From assembly GCA_051294375.1 (NCBI GenBank), contig CM119264.1:284148-348147 (forward strand): DNA of 64,000 nt. The letters are read 5' to 3'. Made by a program: the position numbers and the translations under genes. Source of the stretch: Paraspadella gotoi (lineage: Eukaryota; Animalia; Chaetognatha). Of this stretch, positions 63,874 to 64,000 are shown in pieces; positions within the stretch are counted from its first letter, which is position 1, and each line of letters begins with the position of its first letter. The notes beneath the pieces are model-generated. The model did not search any database. It worked only from the letters and a program-made list of their open reading frames with translations, and had not been told where the DNA came from.

Positions 63874-64000
63874 TTTTGTAATTAATTGAAATGTGCCTGC
63901 GTATTTAAAAAAAACCATGAAAGAAAAATATCAATAAAAACGTACGAGTCTATCACACACTCTTTGTCAAATGAATTTATTGTTTTTTATTTATTTTTTT

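Overview
Repeat-rich animal genomic DNA from a low-accuracy, gap-filled long-read assembly. It has many indel errors, six exact 25-N gaps and redundant overlapping copies of the same loci, so ORFs are fragmented and most ORF-track entries are microsatellite read-through. The clearest biology is a partial Maverick/Polinton DNA-virus-like transposon at ~45.0-57.35 kb. Its minus strand carries a packaging ATPase, two conserved Maverick ORFs, a DDE integrase with a chromodomain-like tail, a minor capsid (penton), a QxGxG basic protein and a major capsid, followed by ~5.7 kb of unassigned accessory genes. Its right end abuts an (AG)n site whose empty counterpart is also in the window (~38.3 kb). 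No pPolB, protease or left TIR was recognised. Nearby is a tightly packed cluster of small, partly paralogous helical mini-genes in three copies (41-45 kb, 60-64 kb), most preceded by a splice-acceptor-like leader, with dense antisense splice signals including 17-20 nt micro-intron-like units. Also present are a minimal type I hammerhead ribozyme beside a CCCTAA-rich array, an LTR with an extended tRNA-Leu primer-binding site, HINE/DINE-1-like elements, a LINE 3' fragment, a polymorphic hairpin insertion with a ~19-bp duplication, three probable exons of an unidentified host gene, and many micro- and minisatellites. All calls are by eye; no database searches were run.
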